From Escherichia phage Minorna, in sequence record NC_048172.1: a stretch of DNA of 43,264 bases. One strand, given 5' to 3'. The translations under genes and the position numbers were made by a program. The number at the start of each line of letters is the position of its first letter. Position 1 is the stretch's first letter. Shown one piece after another: positions 19,430 through 28,799 of this stretch. The notes beneath the pieces were generated by a model, which worked only from the letters and a program-made list of their open reading frames with translations, was not told the origin of the DNA and did not search any database.

Positions 19430-21025
19430 TTAGCCCGGTAACAGGCCTAATTGTTGTCCCGCTACGGTAGGATCCGCTGCCTGGAGATCTTGTACCTGCG
19501 ACTGTGCTTGTGCTGCTGATGCCGCCGCTGCATTATCTTGAACTTGCTGCTTCTCTTGCAGTTGCTCTTCTGTGAGCATGAACGGTCCGCTTACGATACC
19601 GTATGCATCCAAGTACCAATCTACGCATGCATCCTCATTAAAGCGAGGAGTAAGCTGTTTGAGCACAGGAATAGCCAGCTGCATAGCCTGGGTAGCTTCT
19701 AGCAGTTTATCTGCTGCTGCTGCTTTAGCTAGTGCTGCAGTACCTACCATCACGTTGATATCCACTACGCCCTCGGTGAGATACACCTTGAACTTAGGAT
19801 ATGCCACGATAGTATACAGGTACGCGAGCTTACGCAGCCAGGAGTCACTGAGGATGCTGAATCCACCACCCATAGCGTACTCTGCCTCTTTAGCATTCTG
19901 ACGAATCTCATAAGCAGTTACACGCTCACCCTGTCGAGCATTACCAGTGTACATAAACGCACGAGCCAGTTTCTGCTCAAGCATCTGAATGTCGCTAGCA
20001 ATCCACTGAATCTTTTGAGCTGCACCACCCTCGTAAGCTGTTACAGGGGACTTGGTGTTACCATTACTACCACCACCACCAACCTGTACTGCCTCACCGG
20101 TCTCGGCTTGAGAGAACTCATCAACGTCTAAGCCGGAACTAGCATCAACCATAGGAATAAGGCGAGAAGCCTCAATCTCGTAGTTGGTCAACGCTTCGGT
20201 CAGCACAGACAGTCGCGCAAAGTCACCCGCATAGTCTTCCACCAGGCCGCGTCCGTAGTGCTCACCGTTAACCAGGTTCCACACCAATACGTTATACGGA
20301 AGTTCCAGCTCAGGGTAGGTGCTGCTCTCGCCTAGGCGACGGCCATCAACTTCTTGATACACCTCATAGCTTACTGCTTCTTCTCCATTTGGAAGGTGCT
20401 TAATCTTACGACAAGCGGCAGTGTAGATATCAATGTCGCTGTATGGGTCTCGACCATTGTAGTGTGCTTTTTGAATGTCTTCTGGGAGGTCCTGGATGCT
20501 GGCGCGCTCTTTGATAATGAGTCGCAGCACGTTCCCGCTACCATCCCTTCGAACGGTAAAGTTACGGACCGAGTAGATAATGGATTTCCCGGTTCTTTCA
20601 TCGATATACTCCAATGCGTTCCCGGTGATAAGCAGCAACTTCACAGCTTGAAGCTTCGCAGCGTATCCGTCCTTCTCAAATACCTTCTGAGAGGCGGTGT
20701 TCTCTACCTCGGATAAGCGGGATTCCGCAGTGCTAGAACTTCCCAGACTACTAATAAAGTTGTCAAGGGCTGCACTCTTAGAGAACCGAAAGAAGCTAGT
20801 ACCTTGCGGGAATAATGCACCTACAATTTTAGTCGCTGCTGTATTGACCAGCTGAGCACCTGTACTCTGATAGTCTCGACTAAGCTGCATACGCCGCCCA
20901 TCAGTATAGAGCTCTCGGGTAAAGATTGTAGGTAGCGTCCACTCAGCAAACTTCTCTGACGCATCCAGTACGCCAGCATCCTGGTCTCCCAGGAACAGTT
21001 CCGCTAATGTCTTTTTATAGTCCAA
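19430..21025 (-). CDS. portal (head-tail connector) protein, T7 gp8-like
   Basis: 531-aa ORF (T7 gp8 is about 536 aa), first large gene of the structural module, upstream of scaffold and capsid. Confidence 0.8.
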   Translation of the reverse strand: MDYKKTLAELFLGDQDAGVLDASEKFAEWTLPTIFTRELYTDGRRMQLSRDYQSTGAQLVNTAATKIVGALFPQGTSFFRFSKSAALDNFISSLGSSSTAESRLSEVENTASQKVFEKDGYAAKLQAVKLLLITGNALEYIDERTGKSIIYSVRNFTVRRDGSGNVLRLIIKERASIQDLPEDIQKAHYNGRDPYSDIDIYTAACRKIKHLPNGEEAVSYEVYQEVDGRRLGESSTYPELELPYNVLVWNLVNGEHYGRGLVEDYAGDFARLSVLTEALTNYEIEASRLIPMVDASSGLDVDEFSQAETGEAVQVGGGGSNGNTKSPVTAYEGGAAQKIQWIASDIQMLEQKLARAFMYTGNARQGERVTAYEIRQNAKEAEYAMGGGFSILSDSWLRKLAYLYTIVAYPKFKVYLTEGVVDINVMVGTAALAKAAAADKLLEATQAMQLAIPVLKQLTPRFNEDACVDWYLDAYGIVSGPFMLTEEQLQEKQQVQDNAAAASAAQAQSQVQDLQAADPTVAGQQLGLLPG

Positions 21026-21034
21026 GCTTCCTCC

Positions 21035-21298
21035 TTACAGGCCCAGGGGGTTGCTCTGCCCTGCCTGTCGCCGTTTCTTCTGCTCAGACGTAATTGCATC
21101 TGCAGATGCAGAGGCCGCCCCGGAGGGGTTGATCTCAGCAATATTGTCAGCTGCACTGTTCGCCTCTAAGGCTGCCTGCTGTTTTGCTGCCTCGGCCTGC
21201 TGCTCAGCCATGCGCTGCTGTTGTTCTAATCCTTCGTTATCAGTAAGGCCAAGCATATCCGTGGCCTTACCTAACAGTTTACCTAATCCACCGCTCAT
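21035..21298 (-). CDS. hypothetical protein (87 aa; possible small virion protein by position before the portal gene)
   Basis: Gln/Ala-rich helical ORF; contains the 16-bp palindrome TGCATCTGCAGATGCA in its coding sequence. Confidence 0.4.
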   Translation of the reverse strand: MSGGLGKLLGKATDMLGLTDNEGLEQQQRMAEQQAEAAKQQAALEANSAADNIAEINPSGAASASADAITSEQKKRRQAGQSNPLGL

Positions 21299-21735
21299 GC
21301 TGACCTCACTAAATGGTAAGTTGTTTTGTAAGTATTATCCGATGTATTGCGACTAATAGCGATGCGCCCAGCTCGCATACACTTAGCGATTGCTTGCAGA
21401 CCCTTCATAACTACAAGCATTGCCTCACTATTTCCTGGTTTCAATACGAAGAAGTCTGTGTACAACACAGGCTCTACGTAATGGCAGTCCTCTACAGCTT
21501 CTGGGTAGTAACTGACAGCACCTACTAAGTCGCCCCGGGAGTCATAGACTCCTAGTATATACTGTTTACCTAGTATACTTTTTAGTACTCTCCAATAGTG
21601 TTGCTCTGGAGCCAGGCCCCGACTAATGCCGTGGCCCAGTTCATGCAGTCGCTTCACTGCGTCTGTAATGTCGTCAGACTTATACAGAACCCTGAGAGTG
21701 TAGTCGGAAGTTTTACTAGTGTGTTTTAACTTCAT
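21295..21735 (-). CDS. hypothetical protein (146 aa)
   Basis: Start set to ATG 21735 (AGGAG 5 nt upstream); the track ORF to 21798 would overlap the upstream gene by about 40 nt. Confidence 0.45.
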   Translation of the reverse strand: MKLKHTSKTSDYTLRVLYKSDDITDAVKRLHELGHGISRGLAPEQHYWRVLKSILGKQYILGVYDSRGDLVGAVSYYPEAVEDCHYVEPVLYTDFFVLKPGNSEAMLVVMKGLQAIAKCMRAGRIAISRNTSDNTYKTTYHLVRSA

Positions 21736-21758
21736 TCCTACTCCTGTAACATTAAATT

Positions 21759-22097
21759 TTAGTAGGGTTCCCAAACCGGTATACCTGCCTTTCTGCACAG
21801 TTCAACCATACCAGCGGTCCCCCTTCCTCCAGGAAAGGCAACACAGTATTCAGGAAAGGCCAGGGATATCATGGCTGCGTTCCTACGTATACCCGCAGAT
21901 TTACCTTGTGCATCCCACAGTGCGGGCATACGCAGAACAAATACACCAGATTCCAGGGCCCACCTATCTGCCAGTGCATCCGCCCCTCTGGCATTTCCAT
22001 GTATCACTACAGATGGCTTGTTTGGCAGCATATCCATTGCGGTTTTTAGTGCTAGGTAGTCTGAGTAATCACGCCCACCAGTTACCAGTACTCTCAT
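21759..22097 (-). CDS. SLOG / YpsA-like (DUF2493-type) small protein
   Basis: 112 aa with pattern VLVTGGRDY..VVIHGNARGADALADRWA..FPGGRGT, which I recognise as the DUF2493/SLOG-family signature; immediately downstream of the RNAP gene. Confidence 0.55.
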   Translation of the reverse strand: MRVLVTGGRDYSDYLALKTAMDMLPNKPSVVIHGNARGADALADRWALESGVFVLRMPALWDAQGKSAGIRRNAAMISLAFPEYCVAFPGGRGTAGMVELCRKAGIPVWEPY

Positions 22098-22106
22098 ACG
22101 ATTCCC

Positions 22107-24575
22107 TCAACAAAAGAAGAATGGAGATTCCAGCACTTGTCGGATGTCCAAAGTACCGATTGCAGGCATCTCTAAATCTGTGAGGTCTGCCCCTGCTTCG
22201 GCAGCTGCCCGGGTAATATCTCCAAGCAGATCGTGCTCCTCGTACAACTTCACAAACTGTTCACGGATATGTCGGTGCAGGGCATCTACATCAGCCGCAT
22301 GAGTAGCCATTGAGTCGTGAATCGGGACAATATCCAGACCCTCTGCAGCACAGAGCACCATCATGAGGTGTGTGCTATCTAGGCTATGCACAAAGTTCGG
22401 AGCAATACCGGAGGCAGCCTTGCGCTTATTACAGGTCTTAAAGTCACGGTTGTGCACCAGCACGGCAGACAAGTTCATGCAGTCAATACGTACACGCACC
22501 TCCTCTCGTTGAGAGTACCGGTTCATCACTAGCCCACCTAGCGGGGTCTTCCACTGCAGATGCTGACTAGCAGGTACACGCCTAGCGAGGTTCTGCAGAT
22601 ACCCCATAGCTGCTGCTGCTGCCGGGTTAGCTTCCTCAATAGCGCTACGCATTCTAGGGGCAAGGTAGCAGGATAAGTTCCAGAGACTGTGCGTGTCTGT
22701 TCCTTCATACCCCTCTTCACAAGCACCTGCAAAGATGTAGTCGCTGCAGCTGCGCACCGTGGCGCTGTAGAAGTAGGTCATGCTAGGACGCTTGGTCATG
22801 CTTCGAGTGATTTTGTTCTCTCTCCAGTACGTGCTCTGGATAACGAAATCCTCTTTGTCCAGGTCCAGTATCACCTTCTCGTCCGTACGGCGCTTCACGT
22901 CCATATACAGGTCCGCTTTCTTGTCGTTACCCTCCCAGTACAAGTTAGTCAGGCGCCCGCCTACAGGGTCTCTCAGGAGCGCTGAGAGGTGCTGCCCACC
23001 TGAGTTTGTAGCATCCATAGCAACTGGGATTCGGCTAATATACTCTTCTGGGCATCCAGAACGTACAGCATTAACCAAGTCGATAGCGGCTGCCAGGAAG
23101 CACCAAGGGCTGTCGGCGGAGGTAAAAGCAGGGCAATCAAAAGGAGAATCCGCGAGCTGCTCAATCTCTGCAAAGTTTGCATCAACCCAAGCTGCACGGT
23201 CTTCGAATAGGGTTTTGTCATAACCAAAGCAGGTAGCGACGTGCACTTTAAGCCAGAATAACCCTCTCTCTCCCAGAGGTTTACCTCGTCCGAATTCAAG
23301 AAGTGCCTTCTGCAGATCAGAACCTTGGGGGTGCAGTGAGGACTTGAAGTACAGCCGGTATCGCCAATCCACACAGGTTGGGAAGTACAGGGCTTTCTCA
23401 TCTTTGAATTCCTCTGCCATCTCTAGCGTGGTCAATAGGCTACGTAGTTGCGACACACGCTTACGGTCAGCGCTGTACCAAAGAGACATACGCGTCTTCC
23501 ACTCTCCGAAGCGGTCGAGTTCCTCCTCGGTGTAATTCTCTTTTGGTACACCATCTAAGTACCACTCAGGTTTCGGCTCTGGCACTGAGCGCGGCATACC
23601 TACACCAATACCTAAGGCCCGTGCTTCTTGTACCAGTTCCAGTATTCGCTTATTAATGCGATAAGGAGTTTCCTGCGCCTTATTCAGTGCCTTCTTGATA
23701 CCGTCCGCAGACTTAAATGCTTCCGCTACTTCACGCAGTCTGGCGCGGTCAATGTGTGAGTTGTGGTACGTCCCACGGTTATCGATTGGGGTGAGGTATC
23801 CACCATCCCACAGTGTAGTATGTTGCACCGGCGGCACCAGCATCGGAGGCTTCATAGTTACAGTGTCAGCAGATTCCACTAACTGCTGAAATGCTTCCAT
23901 AACATTATCTGCGGGATAGAGCATACTCAAGTTCCCGCTACCAGTCTTCCATTGGAACAGCCCTGTCTCAAACACTGCGGAACACAGCAGACGTCCCACA
24001 GAAATATTCTGAGCGTTGGTCCAAGGCTCATGCCCATAGTGCACGTTCTCAGCACTGGCGCGGAGCGTACGCAGAATGTGCGTAGGCGACTTAGTACGGC
24101 GCTCAGTGAGGTATTCATATACCCGGTCCATATACGCTGGGGCAACATTACGCAGTTGTAGGGCCAGCAGCTCTGACTGTACATTCCTACCCAGAGCGGA
24201 CATCACTGCCTGTGCTGTCTGGCGGCGACTGGCGGACTCACCAGGGGCAACACTGAACGCCTCAAACATTGTGCACAGGCTCAGAGTAGTTAGGACATCC
24301 AAGGGGACTAAGCGTAGGAATCGGCGGTACTTTCCACCGATACCCGGGGCTTTGACATTACGCATTTCCTCAATGGCTGCAGAGGCCACGTCGTACGCAG
24401 AGGTTAGCATGCGCTGAGCCATAGGCAGGTTCATAATCCCGCCGTTTTGCAGAGCATCGGTAATCAATTTGCGAGCACGTTCAATGCCGCGAATCTTGTA
24501 GGTCTCTTCAAGCTCCAACTGACGTTCCACCAGCGCTTCATCTGGTACTACAACCGTATTCAGGGCGCTAATCAT
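22107..24575 (-). CDS. single-subunit DNA-directed RNA polymerase (T7-like)
   Basis: 822-aa ORF, the size of phiKMV-type single-subunit RNAPs, at the junction of replication and structural modules; AAGGAG SD upstream of the ATG. Confidence 0.85.
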   Translation of the reverse strand: MISALNTVVVPDEALVERQLELEETYKIRGIERARKLITDALQNGGIMNLPMAQRMLTSAYDVASAAIEEMRNVKAPGIGGKYRRFLRLVPLDVLTTLSLCTMFEAFSVAPGESASRRQTAQAVMSALGRNVQSELLALQLRNVAPAYMDRVYEYLTERRTKSPTHILRTLRASAENVHYGHEPWTNAQNISVGRLLCSAVFETGLFQWKTGSGNLSMLYPADNVMEAFQQLVESADTVTMKPPMLVPPVQHTTLWDGGYLTPIDNRGTYHNSHIDRARLREVAEAFKSADGIKKALNKAQETPYRINKRILELVQEARALGIGVGMPRSVPEPKPEWYLDGVPKENYTEEELDRFGEWKTRMSLWYSADRKRVSQLRSLLTTLEMAEEFKDEKALYFPTCVDWRYRLYFKSSLHPQGSDLQKALLEFGRGKPLGERGLFWLKVHVATCFGYDKTLFEDRAAWVDANFAEIEQLADSPFDCPAFTSADSPWCFLAAAIDLVNAVRSGCPEEYISRIPVAMDATNSGGQHLSALLRDPVGGRLTNLYWEGNDKKADLYMDVKRRTDEKVILDLDKEDFVIQSTYWRENKITRSMTKRPSMTYFYSATVRSCSDYIFAGACEEGYEGTDTHSLWNLSCYLAPRMRSAIEEANPAAAAAMGYLQNLARRVPASQHLQWKTPLGGLVMNRYSQREEVRVRIDCMNLSAVLVHNRDFKTCNKRKAASGIAPNFVHSLDSTHLMMVLCAAEGLDIVPIHDSMATHAADVDALHRHIREQFVKLYEEHDLLGDITRAAAEAGADLTDLEMPAIGTLDIRQVLESPFFFC

Positions 24576-24716
24576 AGGCGCTTAATCTCCTTGGTTATGT
24601 CCGGTATTTCTAATTACTGGTTTCGACTTAACCAGAGATTGTACATCTCCAGGTAGTCATTAGCGGAGCTTTCATCACCCCGCTCTATTGCTGCTTGCCA
24701 CATCCGGTGGCACCAC

Positions 24717-25031
24717 TCACTTGGAAGCATCTTCTCGCTGCTCTAATTCCAGAATAAACAAGGCGCAACACGCGGCGTGCGCTAGATGCGGAAGCCCGCT
24801 CTCGGTATCCGTTAACTCCCCATTAGCATGCGCCGTTAGGTGGCGCAGAAGCGCGGCTTTGTACCGAGACCGCCCCTCCTCAACAGTGTGCCAGCTATGT
24901 GCTGCATACTTCTGAGCTCCGAATGTAAGTACATCACTAATGCGGAGCAACGCATTAGGGCACCCATCCAGTAGCAGATCCATACGAGGTTTGCCTGCGT
25001 CATACTTCATACCAGTACCTACTGCGCTCAT
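24717..25031 (-). CDS. putative nucleotide pyrophosphohydrolase-like protein (MazG-like / dATP-dGTP diphosphohydrolase N-domain-like)
   Basis: 104 aa; MKYDAGKPRMDLL..FGAQKYAAHSW resembles the N-terminal signature of phage dNTP pyrophosphohydrolase-like proteins as I recall it; assignment tentative. Confidence 0.4.
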   Translation of the reverse strand: MSAVGTGMKYDAGKPRMDLLLDGCPNALLRISDVLTFGAQKYAAHSWHTVEEGRSRYKAALLRHLTAHANGELTDTESGLPHLAHAACCALFILELEQREDASK

Positions 25032-25522
25032 ACTAACTCCTCCACCCCATGAGATTTTAAATCGGTCCGATGTTCCGCCACGCCGTAGTCACATACAGCG
25101 TAAGTAGTGATACCCAGTCGGCGGAAATGCTCAATCACTGCAGGACTATCGTCCCAAGCTGCTACGATATTCTCTAACCCTACCTGGTTGCGCAGGAACT
25201 CCTCTTTGATAATGATGTCCTTTCGGTTGTCGCTGTGTGACCGCATAACCAGCTTGTGGTACATAACGAAGTTCCGCTCCAGCCAGGCCTCTGTTTCGGC
25301 TCTTACTATATCCGAGCGCCCCGTCAAGATAATAACTCGCAATCCTGCTCGCACCATGCTGTTACACACGTCGATAGTGTCCTGGAATGGAGGGTCATCC
25401 TTAGAGGCTCGGTTGAACTCGTTCCAACTATCGGTCAGATGCAAATCCACAGTGGGTAGCAAGTGCAAGCGATGCTTACCATCAGCTAGTGTGCCATCCA
25501 AATCAAAGATTGCTGTCTTCAC
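25028..25522 (-). CDS. HAD-family phosphatase (polynucleotide 3'-phosphatase-like)
   Basis: 164 aa beginning MKTAIFDLDGTLADG, the HAD motif I (DxDGT) at the extreme N-terminus. Confidence 0.6.
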   Translation of the reverse strand: MKTAIFDLDGTLADGKHRLHLLPTVDLHLTDSWNEFNRASKDDPPFQDTIDVCNSMVRAGLRVIILTGRSDIVRAETEAWLERNFVMYHKLVMRSHSDNRKDIIIKEEFLRNQVGLENIVAAWDDSPAVIEHFRRLGITTYAVCDYGVAEHRTDLKSHGVEELV

Positions 25523-25941
25523 TTAATAGTCTCCCGAGCTTTGCGTCGTGCTCTAGCCTTACGGGCCTTGAGCTTCTGTGCCTGTGCCAGTTCTTCCGGC
25601 GTCTTGTGCGTATAGTATAGCATATCCGTAGGTTCGCGGTCTAGGTAATCGGCGACCCTACGTAGAGATTCAGCAATAGCCCTAGAAGATTGCATGCTAC
25701 CAACAATCCAGCGCCCAGCGGCAGATGCCACTTTGCCTTCCCCTCCATTGCACGAGCGATGAAGAGCACCCCGAATACGCCCAGTAATATGATCGTGGTC
25801 AACGACAACAGAATCACCAGTTACCCCCTTGATTGTGAAGTCCAAAGGTTTTCCACAAAGGAGGCATATGCCCCCCTGGTCTTGGGCAAGCTTAATAGCC
25901 ACGGAGCGAATTTGTGCCCGTGTAATCTTTCTTAGGGCCAT
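25519..25941 (-). CDS. recombination endonuclease VII (Holliday junction resolvase-like)
   Basis: 140 aa with Cys cluster and His/Asp motif (CLLCGKPL..VVDHDHITGRIRGALHRSCN) as in endonuclease VII-type proteins; basic C-terminus. Confidence 0.7.
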   Translation of the reverse strand: MALRKITRAQIRSVAIKLAQDQGGICLLCGKPLDFTIKGVTGDSVVVDHDHITGRIRGALHRSCNGGEGKVASAAGRWIVGSMQSSRAIAESLRRVADYLDREPTDMLYYTHKTPEELAQAQKLKARKARARRKARETIK

Positions 25942-26135
25942 ACTTCAATCTCCCCCACTACATCCAGCATAGCATTGTCGTGAATGAGAGAATCCAAATG
26001 CTCAACTGTTCTTCGATGTGTTTTGGGTGCTCGTTCACGCAACGCGTCCAGAATAGTTTCCAGTTCATCATGTTTCCCCTCATAGTATAACTCAATCGCC
26101 CGCAGGCTCATTTCCTTCGCAGACATCTTCGCCAT
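25932..26135 (-). CDS. hypothetical protein (about 67 aa)
   Basis: Start set to ATG 26135 (AGGAG about 10 nt upstream); the track ORF to 26204 overlaps the exonuclease gene extensively. Confidence 0.4.
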   Translation of the reverse strand: MAKMSAKEMSLRAIELYYEGKHDELETILDALRERAPKTHRRTVEHLDSLIHDNAMLDVVGEIEVWP

Positions 26136-27060
26136 TGTCTGGGTGCTCCTGTATCCACTGTATGTGCTGTTTATGGTACTCGTGCAGCGACTGCACCCAG
26201 TCACGTAGACTGGGAGTAGTCAACAGTGACATCAGATACTGATAGGCAGAATCTGATTGGGAGCGTCGCAGGAACAGGCATTCAGCCTCTGCGAGTACAT
26301 CTTGGTTGTTTCTAGCATAAGCCGCTACAACGAACTCTGCGGCGTCTTGCTCTGAGGTAATAGGGTAGATAGCATCAAAGGCCGTTCGCTTGCCACAGGG
26401 CTTCCCATCAAGCAACGTGATGCCTTTGACGTTATCTGCGTCGTCTCCTGCTAGCATCTGCCACCAGAAGAACTTCAAGCCGTGTGCTCGTACAGGCATA
26501 GCCTGGGTGTCATCCCACTTAATCCATCCGAAGGGATCCTCCAGTGCAGGCCACACTGTACCGGTTGGGATATCAAACCGGGCCATAGGACTGAGCCAGG
26601 AATCTTTATCCTGTGACATCAGGATACCGCGCTCACCGAAGGCGTATGAATCCATTACGAACAGGTCATCCGCCTCGAAGAAGTCACTGCTAACCACCTG
26701 GATACCTTGCTCAGAATACTGGTCCGGGTTATCAATCAGGTGCCGCTTCAAAGGGGCCTTCAGTGGTAGCTCCTGCCGGTTAGCTCGCTGCCCCTGGTAG
26801 GGCTTAGCCGTAGGCAGGTGCCAGCGCAAGCACTTAGCACAGCCCGTAGGCGTTAGATACGCCACTGCTTCTGAGCAACCGACCAGGAACATATCCTCAA
26901 GCAGCAGCTGATAGAAGCGGCGTATCGCGGTATCTAGCCGTTTCACTGTAGCAGCGGCTTTGTACACGCAAAAGTCCGCATCATACAGCAGAATCTTCCC
27001 AGAGTTCTGCGGAGCTAACTGCTCTGGGAGCTGGGATAAGTCAACCCCGTTGATAATCAT
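26092..27060 (-). CDS. 5'-3' exonuclease (FEN/T7 gp6-like)
   Basis: 322 aa with ILLYDADF near the N-terminus, FEADDL, and a GDDADNVKGI helix-hairpin-helix-like motif, as in flap endonuclease/5'-3' exonuclease proteins. Confidence 0.75.
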   Translation of the reverse strand: MIINGVDLSQLPEQLAPQNSGKILLYDADFCVYKAAATVKRLDTAIRRFYQLLLEDMFLVGCSEAVAYLTPTGCAKCLRWHLPTAKPYQGQRANRQELPLKAPLKRHLIDNPDQYSEQGIQVVSSDFFEADDLFVMDSYAFGERGILMSQDKDSWLSPMARFDIPTGTVWPALEDPFGWIKWDDTQAMPVRAHGLKFFWWQMLAGDDADNVKGITLLDGKPCGKRTAFDAIYPITSEQDAAEFVVAAYARNNQDVLAEAECLFLRRSQSDSAYQYLMSLLTTPSLRDWVQSLHEYHKQHIQWIQEHPDNGEDVCEGNEPAGD

Positions 27061-27218
27061 TAGCGCCCCGTAATATCGCGGGCCTTCTTATCGGCCCAGT
27101 TAACCCAACGTTCAGCCCACTTCGCCTTTGTGAGTTTATCACACAGATAGCAGAGCCCCGCCAAGGGGATTAGTGGGAGAATCAAAACTACGTAAATCGC
27201 ACGCTGTAAGTATAGCAT
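27060..27218 (-). CDS. small membrane protein (52 aa), absent from the ORF track (below 60 aa)
   Basis: ATG at 27218-27216 shares its A with the upstream TGA stop; its TAA stop overlaps the exonuclease ATG (TAATG); translation MLYLQRAIYVVLILPLIPLAGLCYLCDKLTKAKWAERWVNWADKKARDITGR has one hydrophobic helix. Confidence 0.35.
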   Translation of the reverse strand: MLYLQRAIYVVLILPLIPLAGLCYLCDKLTKAKWAERWVNWADKKARDITGR

Positions 27219-27598
27219 CAGCACGACTCCAACTCAGACAGCACCAGCACGGTACCAAGCATGTCCCCGATTACTTCCGGCGTACGCAGGCTCTGGTCTA
27301 CATCGTAGATACAGGAACCAATCTCCGCCAACCCGATACTGAGAGTACCTACGATGCGGATAACTGCCAGATCGTCCCCCTTCAACTTATCGGCATGTGC
27401 CGCCAGGTCGTTGTGTTCCTTGAAGGCGGTAGCGGCCAGCTCCAGATCCATACCGTATAGGGCAGCCAGTTTATCCAGCGCATCATAGAGTGTGCCCAAC
27501 TCATCACCATCTACAACATAATCATGCGCCGAGTCGTATACCACTGAAGCTACAGCTTTAGCCAGATTCTTGTATGCATCTAATACTTTATCCATCAA
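27218..27598 (-). CDS. hypothetical protein (126 aa, acidic)
   Basis: ORF in the coupled gene array; no recognisable motif. Confidence 0.5.
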   Translation of the reverse strand: MMDKVLDAYKNLAKAVASVVYDSAHDYVVDGDELGTLYDALDKLAALYGMDLELAATAFKEHNDLAAHADKLKGDDLAVIRIVGTLSIGLAEIGSCIYDVDQSLRTPEVIGDMLGTVLVLSELESC

Positions 27599-27853
27599 TC
27601 ATACCCCCAGAAAGTTTACTACTTCATCACGCTTAGCGCGCAGTTTATCAGCCTGTTCAGCGCACTTAGCCGCTTCAGCTTTGCTGCGTTTGGAGTCTTC
27701 TACTCGTGCCTCGGATTGTGCCGCCAGGCGCACCGCATCATCTGCAAACTTAATCGACAACTGCTCATTCAGTTGTGCCTTAGCGTCAGCACGTTTAGCT
27801 TCTGCTGTATAAGCTACACTTAGGAGTTTGGTGAGAATCTTGATGATATTCAT
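27599..27853 (-). CDS. hypothetical coiled-coil protein (84 aa)
   Basis: Lys/Ala/Glu-rich helical ORF. Confidence 0.45.
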   Translation of the reverse strand: MNIIKILTKLLSVAYTAEAKRADAKAQLNEQLSIKFADDAVRLAAQSEARVEDSKRSKAEAAKCAEQADKLRAKRDEVVNFLGV

Positions 27854-27866
27854 AGGCTTCCTCTAA

Positions 27867-27882
27867 GGCCCCAGGCGGGGCC
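27867..27882 (-). promoter_or_regulatory. intergenic GC hairpin (6-bp stem, 4-nt loop) just upstream of an RBS
   Basis: Plus strand ggcccc-aggc-ggggcc at 27867-27882, between the stop of the 280-aa gene and the SD of the next gene; no U-tract. Confidence 0.3.
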
Positions 27883-27905
27883 GTATTAGTTAGTAATAGG
27901 GTTGC

Positions 27906-28748
27906 TTAGGCTTGCGGTGCAGCAGGCGCTACAGGAGCCGCTGGAGCCACTGGCGCTGCCGGTGCTACAGGGGCGCTTGGTGCTGTTGGTGCTACTGGAG
28001 CACTCGGTGCCGCTGGCGCAGTGGGCGCAGCCGGGGCCTGCATAGACTGAGGGCTCGGAACCGAACCAGCGTTCAGCATAATATCCAGGGCACTGCCCGG
28101 GAAGTCTACAGCCTTGTACATATCCTCCTGAATCCAGTTCTTGCTCTTACCGTCGTCCTTGGTCCCCTCAATATATAAGCTATCCCAGGTTTCCTTGGTC
28201 GGGTTGTTCCACAAGAACAGCTTAATCTCGGAAGCATCCAGCTCAGGCATTTTAATCGGCTCACCGGTATTCGGGTCGAACTTCGGAATCGGACGGATTG
28301 CCGCGAGGTCTACAATGTTAGACTTCTTACCTGCTGCGCTGGTGTGCTCATCCAGCGGGAACACAAACGCCTGTCCCAGTCGCTGCGCAGCGTGCTTAAT
28401 GCTGCCATCGTAGTTGAGCTTGTCGAAGAACTTCTTGAAGCCCGCGCGCTCAAAGTTGCTGATGGTCATCGGATATGGACGAATACGCTTAACCTCACCG
28501 TTCGGGCCGTACACCACAATCCCGATGCGAACGTTCGGCGCGGCAGGCTTACCGGTAGGCTTACCACCTTTAGTCGGCAGGCGCTTACCAATTTCCACGT
28601 ACTCAGTAAAGTAACCGTAGTACTCACCCTTCGGCAGAAGCACATCCTCATACGCACCACCCTGGGCGGTCTCAGTCATATCAACTTCTTGAGTTTCAAT
28701 CGCAGCAGCAACCAGGGAGTTCAGAGTGTCCAGTGCATTCATAGTCAT
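27906..28748 (-). CDS. hypothetical protein with C-terminal Pro/Ala-rich repeat tail (possible DNA-binding protein)
   Basis: 280 aa; globular N-terminal part followed by about 43 aa of (A/V/T/S)PAAP-type repeats. Confidence 0.55.
   Translation of the reverse strand: MTMNALDTLNSLVAAAIETQEVDMTETAQGGAYEDVLLPKGEYYGYFTEYVEIGKRLPTKGGKPTGKPAAPNVRIGIVVYGPNGEVKRIRPYPMTISNFERAGFKKFFDKLNYDGSIKHAAQRLGQAFVFPLDEHTSAAGKKSNIVDLAAIRPIPKFDPNTGEPIKMPELDASEIKLFLWNNPTKETWDSLYIEGTKDDGKSKNWIQEDMYKAVDFPGSALDIMLNAGSVPSPQSMQAPAAPTAPAAPSAPVAPTAPSAPVAPAAPVAPAAPVAPAAPQA
27909..28037 (-). repeat. imperfect in-frame tandem DNA repeat encoding the Pro/Ala-rich tail
   Basis: Plus-strand series of gcNggNgc(c/t)ac(t/a)gg-like units (gctacaggagccgctggagccactggcgctgccggtgctacagg...). 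Confidence 0.7.
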
Positions 28749-28799
28749 ATAATTACGTCCTCGTTTAGTTCAAGTAATATTTACGTGCAGATGCAGGGC

